Assembly (NCBI GenBank): GCA_965215885.1 | Contig: CBDCEW010000101.1 | Location: 64,001 to 128,000, forward strand | Direction: 5' to 3' | Length of the DNA stretch: 64,000 nt | Origin: Candidatus Moanibacter sp. | GTDB lineage: Bacteria; Verrucomicrobiota; Verrucomicrobiia; Opitutales; UBA2987 | Shown: positions 49,454-59,387 of the stretch, piece after piece | How positions within the stretch are numbered: position 1 is the stretch's first letter | How the letters are laid out: each line of letters starts with the position of its first letter | Made by a program: the position numbers and the translations under genes | Notes under the pieces: generated by a model | What the model was told of the DNA's origin: nothing | Databases searched by the model: none | The model's input: only the letters and a program-made list of their open reading frames with translations

Positions 49454-49713
49454 CTGTCCTTCCAACTGGCGGCCAACTCCTCTACGGAGTCGAAATACTC
49501 CACTTCTTCATCGCGATCACTCTTCGCAAGGGTCTCCGCGGTGAGCTTATTCGGGACACGGAGCTCCAATGGGAATCCCTTTCTCAGAGCGATCTGACGG
49601 TAAAGCAAGCGTACCGCTTCGGTTGCTGTCATACCAATTCGGCGAAGAACACGTTCAGATTCCTCTTTCGTCTTTCGGTCTATTCGAGCATGTACAGTTG
49701 CAGTTTGACTCAT
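49450..49713 (-). CDS. dinJ: RelB/DinJ antitoxin
   Basis: VHARID..K..E.VL..G....AV.L...I....G.P.E..VPN..T. Confidence 0.9.
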   Translation of the reverse strand: MSQTATVHARIDRKTKEESERVLRRIGMTATEAVRLLYRQIALRKGFPLELRVPNKLTAETLAKSDRDEEVEYFDSVEELAASWKDR

Positions 49714-49852
49714 GGGTCTAATGTAGCACATGTACTACACAAGTCAATTCCGGTGTTCAGGATACACCAGTTCTCACTCACAAGGCTTTGCCGAATTGTA
49801 TAAAGGGCATGGTTCTAGAGTTGCCATCTATTTTTGTGCAACCTCCTTTCGA

Positions 49853-51124
49853 TTAGCCCTCCTCGACCTCGCGCAATCTCCCTTCAAGAAAAGCCCGCTC
49901 CGGCGCGTTTCCGGCCAGTTCGAGCGCACGCTGATAGGCCGCCACGGCTTCCTTTCCCTTTCCTACCCGTCGTAAAAAATCCGCCTCGGTGGCATGAAAC
50001 GGCAGGTAGTTCTGGAGTTGCGGTTCATCGCGGATTTCCGCGAGTGCGTCCAACGCCGCATCCGGTCCGCCCGCATAGGAGAGAGAAACGAGAGCATTGA
50101 GTCGGACGACCGGGTCGGGTTGGAGTCGGAGGAGCGCCTGGTAAAGGAGGTAGATCTGTTGCCAATCGGTCGATGCGTGATTTGCGGCCTCGGCATGGAG
50201 GGCGCTGATCGCAGCCTGTAGTTGGTAGGGCCCCGGTGTTTGATGGGCGAGTCCCTCCTCGAGAATAATGACGCCCTGTCCAATGAGTTCACGGTTCCAC
50301 AGCCCCCGATCCTGGTCCTCCAGGATGATCAGATTTCCGTCGGAGTCGATGCGCGCTGCAGAGCGCGAGTGATGAAGCAACATCAGAGCAAGCAGACCTT
50401 TGGCCTCCGCGTGCTCGGGCGCCACCGTGACGAGGATCCGCCCCAGCCGAATCGCCTCTTCACAAAGATCAGAACGCACGGAATCATCGCCCGACGATGC
50501 GGAGTAACCCTCATTGAAGATCAAATAGATTGTCGCGAGCACGGACGATAGCCGCTCCGGTAGATCCTCGGCCTCCGGGATCTCGTAGGGGATACGCGCG
50601 ACTTTGATCTTTCGTTTCGCCCTGACGAGACGTTGCGCCATCGTAGCTTCCGGAATGAGGAACGATTTCGCGATCTCTGGCGTCTTGAGTCCACCCAGAG
50701 TCTGCAGCGTCAGGCCAACGCGTGCCTCTTCCGAGAGGGCCGGGTGGCAGCAGGTGAATATCAGACGGAGCCGCTCGTCGGGAATGGCGAACTCCTCGTC
50801 GGCTCCCGAAGGATCTGGTGGAAGCTGGAAATTGGATTCGATAGCGGCCACAATCTCGTCCTGTTTCCGGCGTATGTTTTCCCTTCGGCGGACCTGATCG
50901 ATCATCTTGCGCCTGGCGACCTTGAGGAGCCAGGCGCTTGGGTCTTCCGGAATGCCCGTTGCCGCCTCGCCCCACTGTTCCAGGGCGACAATCAAGGCGT
51001 CCTGCAGAGAATCCTCGGCGAGTTCGAAATCTCGGATCTGTCCGACGAGGACCGAGAGCACGCGGCCCCATTCTTCCCGGATGACGTCTTCGATGATTAC
51101 ATGAGGATGCTCTCCGGACACCAT
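49853..51124 (-). CDS. ECF42-type sigma factor with a C-terminal TPR extension
   Basis: D.RLRLIFTCCHPAL, MAQRLVRAK, YLIFNEGY, GPYQLQAAI; preceded by a DGPF gene. Confidence 0.9.
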   Translation of the reverse strand: MVSGEHPHVIIEDVIREEWGRVLSVLVGQIRDFELAEDSLQDALIVALEQWGEAATGIPEDPSAWLLKVARRKMIDQVRRRENIRRKQDEIVAAIESNFQLPPDPSGADEEFAIPDERLRLIFTCCHPALSEEARVGLTLQTLGGLKTPEIAKSFLIPEATMAQRLVRAKRKIKVARIPYEIPEAEDLPERLSSVLATIYLIFNEGYSASSGDDSVRSDLCEEAIRLGRILVTVAPEHAEAKGLLALMLLHHSRSAARIDSDGNLIILEDQDRGLWNRELIGQGVIILEEGLAHQTPGPYQLQAAISALHAEAANHASTDWQQIYLLYQALLRLQPDPVVRLNALVSLSYAGGPDAALDALAEIRDEPQLQNYLPFHATEADFLRRVGKGKEAVAAYQRALELAGNAPERAFLEGRLREVEEG

Positions 51125-51149
51125 GATCGTTCGGGGCGCAAGTGGCCCC

Positions 51150-51512
51150 TTATTCGCCGCTCCCTGGGATATTCATGATGGGTCGCACCTCCACCCGACC
51201 GCTCTTCGCGCCAGGGATTTTCTCGGCGTATCGGAGCGCCACGTCCAGGTCCTGGCAGTCGAGGATGTAGAAGCCCCCGAGCTGCTCCTTCGTCTCGGCA
51301 AAGGGCCCGTCGGTGACGATGCGCTTGCCGTCCCGGACAGCCACGGTTGATGCGCTTGTCACAGACTCGAGCGGTTCTCCGGCGACGAAGACTCCGTCAT
51401 CTTGGATCTGCTTACTGAAGGCGCCGTAACCTGCCATGGTTTCTCCAAATTCCGGGGTGCCGGGACTGGGATTCTGTGCCTCTTCCGTGTAGATAAGGAA
51501 TATGTATTTCAT
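51150..51512 (-). CDS. YCII/DGPF-domain protein
   Basis: VTDGPFAETKEQLGGFY..EVRP. Confidence 0.92.
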   Translation of the reverse strand: MKYIFLIYTEEAQNPSPGTPEFGETMAGYGAFSKQIQDDGVFVAGEPLESVTSASTVAVRDGKRIVTDGPFAETKEQLGGFYILDCQDLDVALRYAEKIPGAKSGRVEVRPIMNIPGSGE

Positions 51513-52831
51513 CACTACTGTCCGGTTGTTTTTCTAGGAACGCAGGTTAATCGATTGATAACCAACATTTTACATATGATTTCTGCTGTCTTCGACTTGA
51601 AATTGCAAAAAGCCTTGTGGACTCTCAAAAATTTCGAGGGTCCAAATCATGTATACAGGCCGATTCGTTTTTTCTCAAATCATAGATTATCTTCCGCGCC
51701 ATCAGTTCCATCGTTGCGTCCAATGCTACGGAGGCGACTACAAAGTTCAAAAGTTCAGTTGCTTCGAACAATTTCTCTGCATGGGTTTTGCCGAGTTGAC
51801 CTACCGGGAGAGTCTGCGCGACATCGAAACCTGCCTGCGGGCAGTACAACCAAAACTATACCACGCAGGGATTCGAAGCGGAGTATCCAAAAGCACGCTC
51901 GCCGATGCCAACGAGAAACGAGACTGGCGCAGCTACGCCGACTTTGCACAGGTCCTCATCGCAATGGCTCGTCCTTTGTATTCAAACGAGGATCTGGGCA
52001 TCGACCTGGACAATACGCTCTACGCTCTGGACTCCACCACGATCGATCTATGTCTATCACTCTTCCCGTGGGCACGTTTCCGCAAGCACAAGGGGGCGGT
52101 GAAGGTCCATACGCTTCTCGATCTCAGAGGCTCTATCCCTTATTTTATCGAGATTACCGATGGAAAAGTTCACGACGTAAACATTCTGGATCTCATCATC
52201 CCCGAGGCCGGTGCTTACTATGTAATGGACCGAGCCTATCTGCATTACGAGCGCCTCTATCGGATCGCACAATGCGGTTCTTTCTTCGTCACACGCGCCC
52301 GCCGCGGCTTTCAGTTTCGCCGCCTCTACTCTCAAAAGGTCGACAAATCAACCGGTCTGCGTTCGGACCAGACCGTTGCCCTGGTCAGCTTCTATCCTGC
52401 CAAGGCCTACCCCGAAAGACTCCGGCGTATCACTTACCTCGACCCCGACAGTTCCGAGCGCTTCGTGTTTCTCACCAACCAGTTTGCCCTCCCAGCCATA
52501 ATCATCACCCAGATTTACCGTTTACGCTGGCAGATCGAATTGTTCTTCAAATGGATCAAACAGCACTTGCGCATCAAGAGCTTTTTCGGCACCTCCGAGA
52601 ATGCTGTGAAGACTCAAATCTGGATTGCCGTCAGCGTCTATGTGCTCATCGCCATCATCCGCAAACGCCTTCGCCTGGAGATCAGTTTGCACAAAATCCT
52701 ACAGATTCTCAGCTTCACCCTATTTGAGAAAACTCCTATGACTGAACTACTTACAGAAACCGATTACACTTTCAATGAACACCGCATTCCTAAACAGTTG
52801 GAGTTGTTTGACTTATAACCGGACAGTACTG
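51513..52831 (+). mobile_element. IS4-family element
   Basis: TIR CA(C/G)TACTGTCCGGTT; 9-bp TSD GTATTTCAT at 51504-51512 and 52832-52840. Confidence 0.93.
51649..52818 (+). CDS. IS4 transposase (DUF4372-type N-terminus)
   Basis: LDSTTIDL, MDRAY, YRLRWQIELFFKWIKQ. Confidence 0.93.
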   Translation: MYTGRFVFSQIIDYLPRHQFHRCVQCYGGDYKVQKFSCFEQFLCMGFAELTYRESLRDIETCLRAVQPKLYHAGIRSGVSKSTLADANEKRDWRSYADFAQVLIAMARPLYSNEDLGIDLDNTLYALDSTTIDLCLSLFPWARFRKHKGAVKVHTLLDLRGSIPYFIEITDGKVHDVNILDLIIPEAGAYYVMDRAYLHYERLYRIAQCGSFFVTRARRGFQFRRLYSQKVDKSTGLRSDQTVALVSFYPAKAYPERLRRITYLDPDSSERFVFLTNQFALPAIIITQIYRLRWQIELFFKWIKQHLRIKSFFGTSENAVKTQIWIAVSVYVLIAIIRKRLRLEISLHKILQILSFTLFEKTPMTELLTETDYTFNEHRIPKQLELFDL

Positions 52832-52905
52832 GTATTTCATCAGTTCTTAGCGTTGTATCCTTTTTTGAGTTGTGGGCAGCCGTTGATGGCTCCCTTTCAC
52901 ACCAG

Positions 52906-52932
52906 GTCGAACCGCGATCAACGAAATCGACA
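52906..52932 (-). promoter_or_regulatory. Putative ECF42 autoregulated promoter
   Basis: TGTCGA-N16-TCGAC upstream of the original DGPF start; fits the ECF42 consensus as I recall it. Confidence 0.65.
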
Positions 52933-53140
52933 CCTCACAGACGATTTCTTCGATTTTTTCCCGTGAGTATCATTATTCCGCTGTCTGCATTAACTCCCTC
53001 TTTCCGATCTTCCCGAACTTTCTGTGAAAATCTCTTAATCACTTGTCCAAACATCGACTGCCAAACGTCCCTCATCGTCTCAAAAGTCGCCGGAAAGGAG
53101 CAAACCACCAGGCCGAAAAGAGCGAGTTCATGATCTGTTC

Positions 53141-54496
53141 TCATTTCTCCTGTTCGTGATCGAGGTCGAACAGCTCTTCACGGAGAGGCGTGAGTCGTGT
53201 ACTGAGGTATTCTTCGATCCAGATCGGTTCCACAAGCCCGGCAAAACTCATTTTCACTTCTTCGGCAACCTCGTCCGCTTCTCCGAGGATGTCACGTAAC
53301 TTGCTCAGGCTCTTACTCGCCATACGTGAACCGCTTCGACGCGCGTCCTTACGGCAAAATACAACCTGTTCGCGTAACGATTGGATGGATTGCCAGCCTC
53401 GTTGGCGAATGGCTGCTAGATTTTCCATGGCTGTTTTGCAGGATTCGAAGCGATCCCTTTCGCCGAGTTCTTCCAGGGCAGATATGCAAGCATCAATGCC
53501 GCCTTCAGGTGGCCGGCCATCGTGCATGATTACTCCAATGTTGACTAACGAGTCGAGTGAGGCATCAATGGTCTCACACTGCACACGATCGGTGGAGTAA
53601 CGGCTCCATCCGGTGGCAATGACACCCACATATCCATAGCGCTGCGCAATTTCCATCCAGGCGAGAGCATTGCGCTCCCGCTCTTGGATATCCGGGCGAT
53701 CGATATTGTGGCCATCGGCTCCCTTATATGCCGTGCCGCCCCACAGAGTGATATTGTGGTCGTGAAAGCGTTTGATGTATTTGGTGCTGAAATGAAGGTC
53801 CGTTGTGTCTGGATGGCCTGAATATCCCCACGTCAGAAGATCACTCTTGGCGGCAAGAACTCTCAATGCGTCAGTTTCCCAGTTGATCATCATATCGTGC
53901 CACAGAATTGGCCGGATACCTCGGGCATTGAGACTGTCCAAGATTGGCTCCACGTGCTGTAGGTAAAGCGCCCCCTTTCCGTGTTCATCTATGTAGACCT
54001 TGGTTTGTGGGTGTTTTCCCATACTCCAGGCTTCATCACCCCCGAGATGGAAATAGCGGACCTCCGGCAGGAGATTAAGAACGTCATCCACCATCCTCTG
54101 GACCAGGTCGCGGGCGCCAGTAGCCAACGGATTAAGCACAGAGGAGTCATCAGGCTCCTCACGAAAGTGTTCGTAACCGGGAACACTGAGAGGCGTTTCC
54201 ATGTGTCCCAGACACTGCACCAGAGGAATGATTTCGAGACCGAGAGTCCGCGCCGCCTCTTGAAAATGACGGATATCCTCAGCCGTGTATGCTGTGGGAC
54301 TGCGAAACCGTTCGTCCACAGTCCAGGGAAAAGTGTCTTCCCACTCGACCGAGACGGCATTGTAGTGTGCGGCTGCAAACAGTTTCAGAAGCTCCCGAAA
54401 CCGGTTGGCCGTCGGAGGCATCCCCTTCAGGTCCAGATGAACGCCACGCGTAGGGATGATTGGTTGTGCCGCTCTGAATAATTCACTACCCGTCAT
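53141..54496 (-). CDS. GH20-like hexosaminidase
   Basis: RGVHLDLKG, IPLVQCLGH.E, HLGGDEA. Confidence 0.85.
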   Translation of the reverse strand: MTGSELFRAAQPIIPTRGVHLDLKGMPPTANRFRELLKLFAAAHYNAVSVEWEDTFPWTVDERFRSPTAYTAEDIRHFQEAARTLGLEIIPLVQCLGHMETPLSVPGYEHFREEPDDSSVLNPLATGARDLVQRMVDDVLNLLPEVRYFHLGGDEAWSMGKHPQTKVYIDEHGKGALYLQHVEPILDSLNARGIRPILWHDMMINWETDALRVLAAKSDLLTWGYSGHPDTTDLHFSTKYIKRFHDHNITLWGGTAYKGADGHNIDRPDIQERERNALAWMEIAQRYGYVGVIATGWSRYSTDRVQCETIDASLDSLVNIGVIMHDGRPPEGGIDACISALEELGERDRFESCKTAMENLAAIRQRGWQSIQSLREQVVFCRKDARRSGSRMASKSLSKLRDILGEADEVAEEVKMSFAGLVEPIWIEEYLSTRLTPLREELFDLDHEQEK

Positions 54497-54653
54497 CTTT
54501 TCCCCTTCTCCGTTGTTCTTATCAAACGTTTAGTATTGTATCCGGCGTATCGGCGAAGCGGGATGCCGGAAACAATCTGTTAGCGATCATGTTTCGACAA
54601 GCTTGTATTCTTTTTTCACTTCACGCTTTTGACTAGGAATCATGTGATGCGAA

Positions 54654-54825
54654 TCATGGTATGATCCAGGATTCCGGGATATCCAGTCCGAAGCCGGGAG
54701 CATCGCTGGGTGTCAGCCGGCCATTTTTTGGAATGGGTGTTCCCGGTAGGCGGGGAAGCTCTTCGAGCGGGACTCCGGGCTCTGAGCCCACGAAATATTC
54801 TGCCCACGGTAGGGACGGCGTAGCG
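54654..54825 (-). pseudogene. C-terminal remnant of an enolase-superfamily dehydratase
   Basis: AEYFVGSEPGVPLEE..PG.P.PKNG.L.PSDAPGFGLDI; upstream is repeat DNA. Confidence 0.55.
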
Positions 54826-54945
54826 ATCGTTCTCCTCCTCGAAGTCTTGGCTAAAACTTGGCAGGAACCCACCCCTAACCCCTCCTGGGAGGGGAACGCT
54901 GATCAGATAACGGTGTAGGGATGGTATTAGTAATATTGATCTCTC

Positions 54946-55130
54946 CGTCGTAATCATAATCGTAATCTAAATTCGAAAGAAGAAAGCTCGACGGGAGATC
55001 ACGATTTAGAGTCACGATGGGAAGAGGGGAGCCGATTGGATCTTTCGTCGTGAATCGTAATCGTGATCTAAAATCGAAAGAGGACAAGATCGACTTGAGA
55101 TCACGATTTAGAGTCACGACGGAAGAGGAG
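54946..55130. repeat. Tandem pair of hexamer-armed palindromic units (homologue at 38561-38644)
   Basis: CGTAATCGTGATCTAAAATCGAAAGA..TCGAC..GAGATCACGATTTAGAGTCACGA. Confidence 0.75.
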
Positions 55131-55160
55131 GGTCGCAATACGAGGAAGCCTGCATCAATA

Positions 55161-56804
55161 CTACCGCCATTCGTCAACAGAGATACTTTTCCTGTATTTG
55201 CAACCCATGATTCGCCAGTAGCCGTTCGTTTCTCCGCCTACCACGACGACTTCTATTTGATCCTTCGGGAATATCCGGATGTGTTCGGTGTCCGCGGCTT
55301 TGAGCATCGTGGCATAGGGCTCGACTCCCTTGAGAGCCCTTGGGTAAATGTAATTCTGGACGAGTTGATAATCCCAATAAATGCCGGCTGGCATTGTGGC
55401 GTTTTCGTGCACCCAATCGATCAGCTTTTCTTTGGTGTCAAGCCCGCCGCGGTCGACAAATTGTCGCGCGGTGATGGGATCGAGGACGAGAGTCGGGGGA
55501 CTGTGCGGGTTCATGCCGACGAGCAGGTTACGCACGTGCTCGCGCCAGAATTTTTCCCGCAGCCCCAAATGAAATGACGTGGACCGACAGCCCGAGAAGG
55601 CGCTGACGACGCTATCATCTTTCTTAAAACCATGTTGTTCGTGAAACGGCACCCAGGGACTTCCGTCCTCATTCTCCGCGAACGTTATGCTATTGTAAGC
55701 GTAGTTATTGCCTTGAGATCCAAGGTAGGTCACCTCCGGCAGGGAACCCCCTTGAAGATTCTGAGAGAGGAGACCGTAGGAGCGACCGATGGTGGCGTTG
55801 GCGTGGTTGTACGGCCCCATGGCTCCGATACCCCAATTCATGCCGATCTCATGGCGGATAGGGCCGTTGACGACAGCCATGCCCGCCGCTGAACTCGTGG
55901 TGCTGGCTCGCGCCGTGGCCTCGGTAGCGGCAAGAGCGAGGATCACCGGGAAGTACTCCGGTTTCGCGCCGGCCATGACGGCGTTTACGGCCACTTTCTC
56001 AACGGTGTATTCCCAGGCCTCGCGCCCGGCAGTCGGCCGCATGCGACCCACCACTTGGTCCGGACTCCGGCTCGTTCCCTTCAGCATATCCGCGACCCGT
56101 TCCTCGGTAGGGAGGATGATGGGCAGTTTGTCGGTCCAGTTCTTTTCCAGGAAGAGCTGATGCAGGTTTTCTTCCGTGTCCGGGTCGACGAACCGAGGTG
56201 TTGATCGATCGAAGCGCACTTGCCTGGTCTCCGCATCCGAGAGTGGAGTTGCAAGAGCGTCCAACACTACCTGCATAAATGGCTGCCCGGTGATGGCGTC
56301 TGCGCCGTCGACATAAGCGCGCAGCTCGGTGGGCGACTTCCCCATAACCGGTTGGGGCACAAAGGCGAATCGCTGTTTGGGCATGCCCCGTTGCATGGAC
56401 GAGGCCCGCACCAGGGGTTCAAAGATGTTCGTTTGGACGGAGGCCGTTGGGACCCCGTATTCAGTCTCGAGAATGAAGCATTGGTCGGCGACCGCCGGCG
56501 CACAGGTGCTTCAGTGGCCGACTCCGACTATCGCGGCAGCCCCTCGGGATTGAATCTCCTCGTAAAGTTTCGGATCCCGCTCAGTGTAGACACCCTCCTT
56601 GCTCCGCAGCTCAGTCTTCACCGAAGGCATGTGCTCCGAAAACCAGCCCTGCATCTGCTCCATGAGGATGTCGCCGTCATCGAAGCGGCAGTCGACGAGA
56701 TAAACCGTTTTACCCTCCAGACTTTCCATTCTCGGCGCCATTCCCATCTGCGTGATTTGGGGCGGATACCCCATCGGATTCATTACTTCAATTTCGTTGC
56801 CCAT
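55161..56804 (-). CDS. UGSC-like selenoprotein candidate (in-frame UGA at 56511-56513, GH-U-STC) fused to a TDxLPI..PT..RV domain
   Basis: The 97-aa and 416-aa ORFs are in one frame separated by a single TGA; UxxC motif; hairpin just downstream. Confidence 0.82.
56477..56510 (-). promoter_or_regulatory. Putative bacterial SECIS
   Basis: AGCA/TGCT lower stem; CGGC-GGTC-GCCG apical hairpin with a G-initial loop 18 nt after UGA. Confidence 0.6.
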
Positions 56805-57408
56805 GACTGACCTCTTTTATGTTCTTACCGATTCTTTTTAGGACGGCTGTAGATTGAAAGGATCTACGAGTTTTTTCAATCTTTAACCCATTTATCTTTT
56901 AAGATTGTTTGGTCTAAAGTTTGCAAGATCAGCGGGTTAGGGTAGCTGAACCCCGGGTTGTGCGTGTTTAGCGTGATTTGAAGCTGCCCCGGTCTTGCGC
57001 CGGGGACCAGCTAACAGAATGACGTAAGTCGTCGACAAGGTTCGGGAGTGAGGTTCGCGACCCGTCGTCGCTCTGCTTTGCCGAGGCATGCAAGGTTACC
57101 CAAGGGAAGTAGGAGTTTCCTTCTGCATTCGCGTCCATCTGCGTACATCTGCGGTTCTCTTCTTCTCTTTTTTTGGTTGCGGCTACGCTGCGCCAGGTCA
57201 TCCGTGGTTGGAATTTTTAGTTTCCTTTTCCACTCCCTGGTTGGTCCTGCGTTCCGATCTCAGAAACGAGGAAACACTTTGGTTTTCATACAGCATGAAG
57301 AAGATTGATCTTCCTCTTTATCGGTTTTGCTTTCAGATTCCTGGCATGCGAGGATCTTTGGAATTTTCCGGATCGTTCCCGGAGCGTTAATCGAGCACAG
57401 GAGAAACA

Positions 57409-58848
57409 ATGCCTAAAGTTGTAATCGTGGGTGCGGGGAGCCTGGTGTTTTCCAGCCGGTTGACCGCTGATATTCTTTCATTCGATCAGACTCGTGAGAC
57501 GGAGTTTGCCCTCGTCGACATCGACGAGGAGCGTCTCGCATACGCGAGCAGGATCATCGAACGGATCTTTGAAGGGGGCGGATACGACAACGCCTCCTAC
57601 ACTGCCACCACTGACCGGCGAGAGGCATTGCCGGGTGCTGACTACGTGATCAGCAGCCTTCTCGTGGGAGGGTACGAAGCAATCGAGAAGGAGATCGATA
57701 TTTCCATGAGATATGGGGTGGATCAGTGCATCGGCGACACCTTGAACCCGGGCGGAATTTTGAGGTGTCTGCGCACGCTTCCCCATCAGGCGGGGATCGC
57801 ACAGGATATCATGGAACTCTGTCCCGATGCCCTCCTGCTGAATTACACCAATCCGATGTCCATGCTCTGCTGGGGGATGTACCGGCAGGCGACGGGAATC
57901 AAACTGGTGGGACTTTGTCACTCCGTTCAACACACAACGAAACAATGGGCGAAGCGCTTGGGGCTCGCTTTCGCAGACATTCAATGGAAATGCGCGGGGA
58001 TCAATCACCAGGCCTGGATTTACCAGTACAGGAAAAATGGCGAAGACCTGCTACCGAGGATCCGCGAACTGGCGGTCCAGCCCGAGATCTGGCTGGGGGA
58101 TGCCGTGCGAATGGAGTATGTCAAGCATCTGGGATACCCGGTCACCGAATCGAGCGGGCACTGCTCCGAGTACACACCGTGGTGGCGAAAGCGTCAGGAG
58201 CTGATCGATAAGTATTGTCCTGACAACGACCCGTGGAACGGGAAGAGCGGGTTTATAAAGGACCTCTACGCAAGGCCGGACTGGAAAGAGCAGATGGAAC
58301 GGATGGCCAGCGGCGAGGAACCGGTGAATCTCGAACGCAGTCACGAATACGGATCCCAGATCATCAATGCCTGTGAAGGGGGCGATCCGGTGGTGATTCA
58401 CGGAAACGTGGAGAACACCGGGTTGATCGACAACCTGCCGGAGGGCTGTTGTGTGGAAGTTCCAATCTACGTCGATCGAAACGGGCTACAGCCGATGTGC
58501 GTGGGTGAGCTACCGATGCACCTGGCGGCGATCAACCGGAACCAGGTAACGATGCAGGAGTTGGCGGTGGAGGCCGCTATCACGGCTGACCCGGAGCTTG
58601 TCTTTCAGGCCTTTTCCATGGATCCCTTGACCGCGACGGTGCTCACTCTTGACGAGATTCGCGAGATGACGCGGGAGTTACTCGAGGCCCTGGCGTTCTG
58701 TTTACCGACATTCGAAGGAAAGCAACTCTCCCTGAAACCATACATGGTGGGATCGACGGCGGAGAGTGTCGAACGGCATGAGGACGACGCGGAGAAGCGC
58801 GCGCCGATCGAGAATGAAAAGAAAAGAGGGGTCACAGAGCTTCACTGA
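57409..58848 (+). CDS. melA: GH4 alpha-galactosidase
   Basis: VGAGS..F, Q.IGDT..PGG, LNYTNP, GLCHS, GINH, TESS.H. Confidence 0.88.
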   Translation: MPKVVIVGAGSLVFSSRLTADILSFDQTRETEFALVDIDEERLAYASRIIERIFEGGGYDNASYTATTDRREALPGADYVISSLLVGGYEAIEKEIDISMRYGVDQCIGDTLNPGGILRCLRTLPHQAGIAQDIMELCPDALLLNYTNPMSMLCWGMYRQATGIKLVGLCHSVQHTTKQWAKRLGLAFADIQWKCAGINHQAWIYQYRKNGEDLLPRIRELAVQPEIWLGDAVRMEYVKHLGYPVTESSGHCSEYTPWWRKRQELIDKYCPDNDPWNGKSGFIKDLYARPDWKEQMERMASGEEPVNLERSHEYGSQIINACEGGDPVVIHGNVENTGLIDNLPEGCCVEVPIYVDRNGLQPMCVGELPMHLAAINRNQVTMQELAVEAAITADPELVFQAFSMDPLTATVLTLDEIREMTRELLEALAFCLPTFEGKQLSLKPYMVGSTAESVERHEDDAEKRAPIENEKKRGVTELH

Positions 58849-59387
58849 GAAGCACAGAGGACCACGGAGGTTGAAAATGGTTCTGTGGAGAAGAGGAATA
58901 AACAGAAGGCAACAGAGAGAAACGGCGACGGGGAGACGCAACGAAAACAGAGTGGGGGAAGCGGTGAAGCGACCGGACCTTTGTCGTAAGCTTCGTCGTC
59001 AACTTTGTCGCTAGCTTTGTCGCGGAATTCGGTCACTTTCTTGAGGAAGCTTTCGATGAAGTTTGGGTGTTCTGTAAAGAAGCTGATTGAATCCCGGCAA
59101 GTCTGGAGAAACTGAGGGTTACAGGGAGAAAAAAATTCTCACGCAACGGTCTTCGACCCGCAAGCGGCACTACGCCCTGTCGAGAAGCCGCAAAGTAGGG
59201 AATGGAGATTAGAATCGTATGGGAGAATATCCCAAGAGGGTGATGGCAACGGATAAGGGCAGTGCAGCGGATAGAGGGATGTAGTTTTCGGCTTGGTGCA
59301 AATCCTACTGTAGAGGAACGCGGGAGCGTTTCTCTTGAATCGATCAGCGATTATACCTTAATCTCGAAGGGAAACAAACATCGAATC

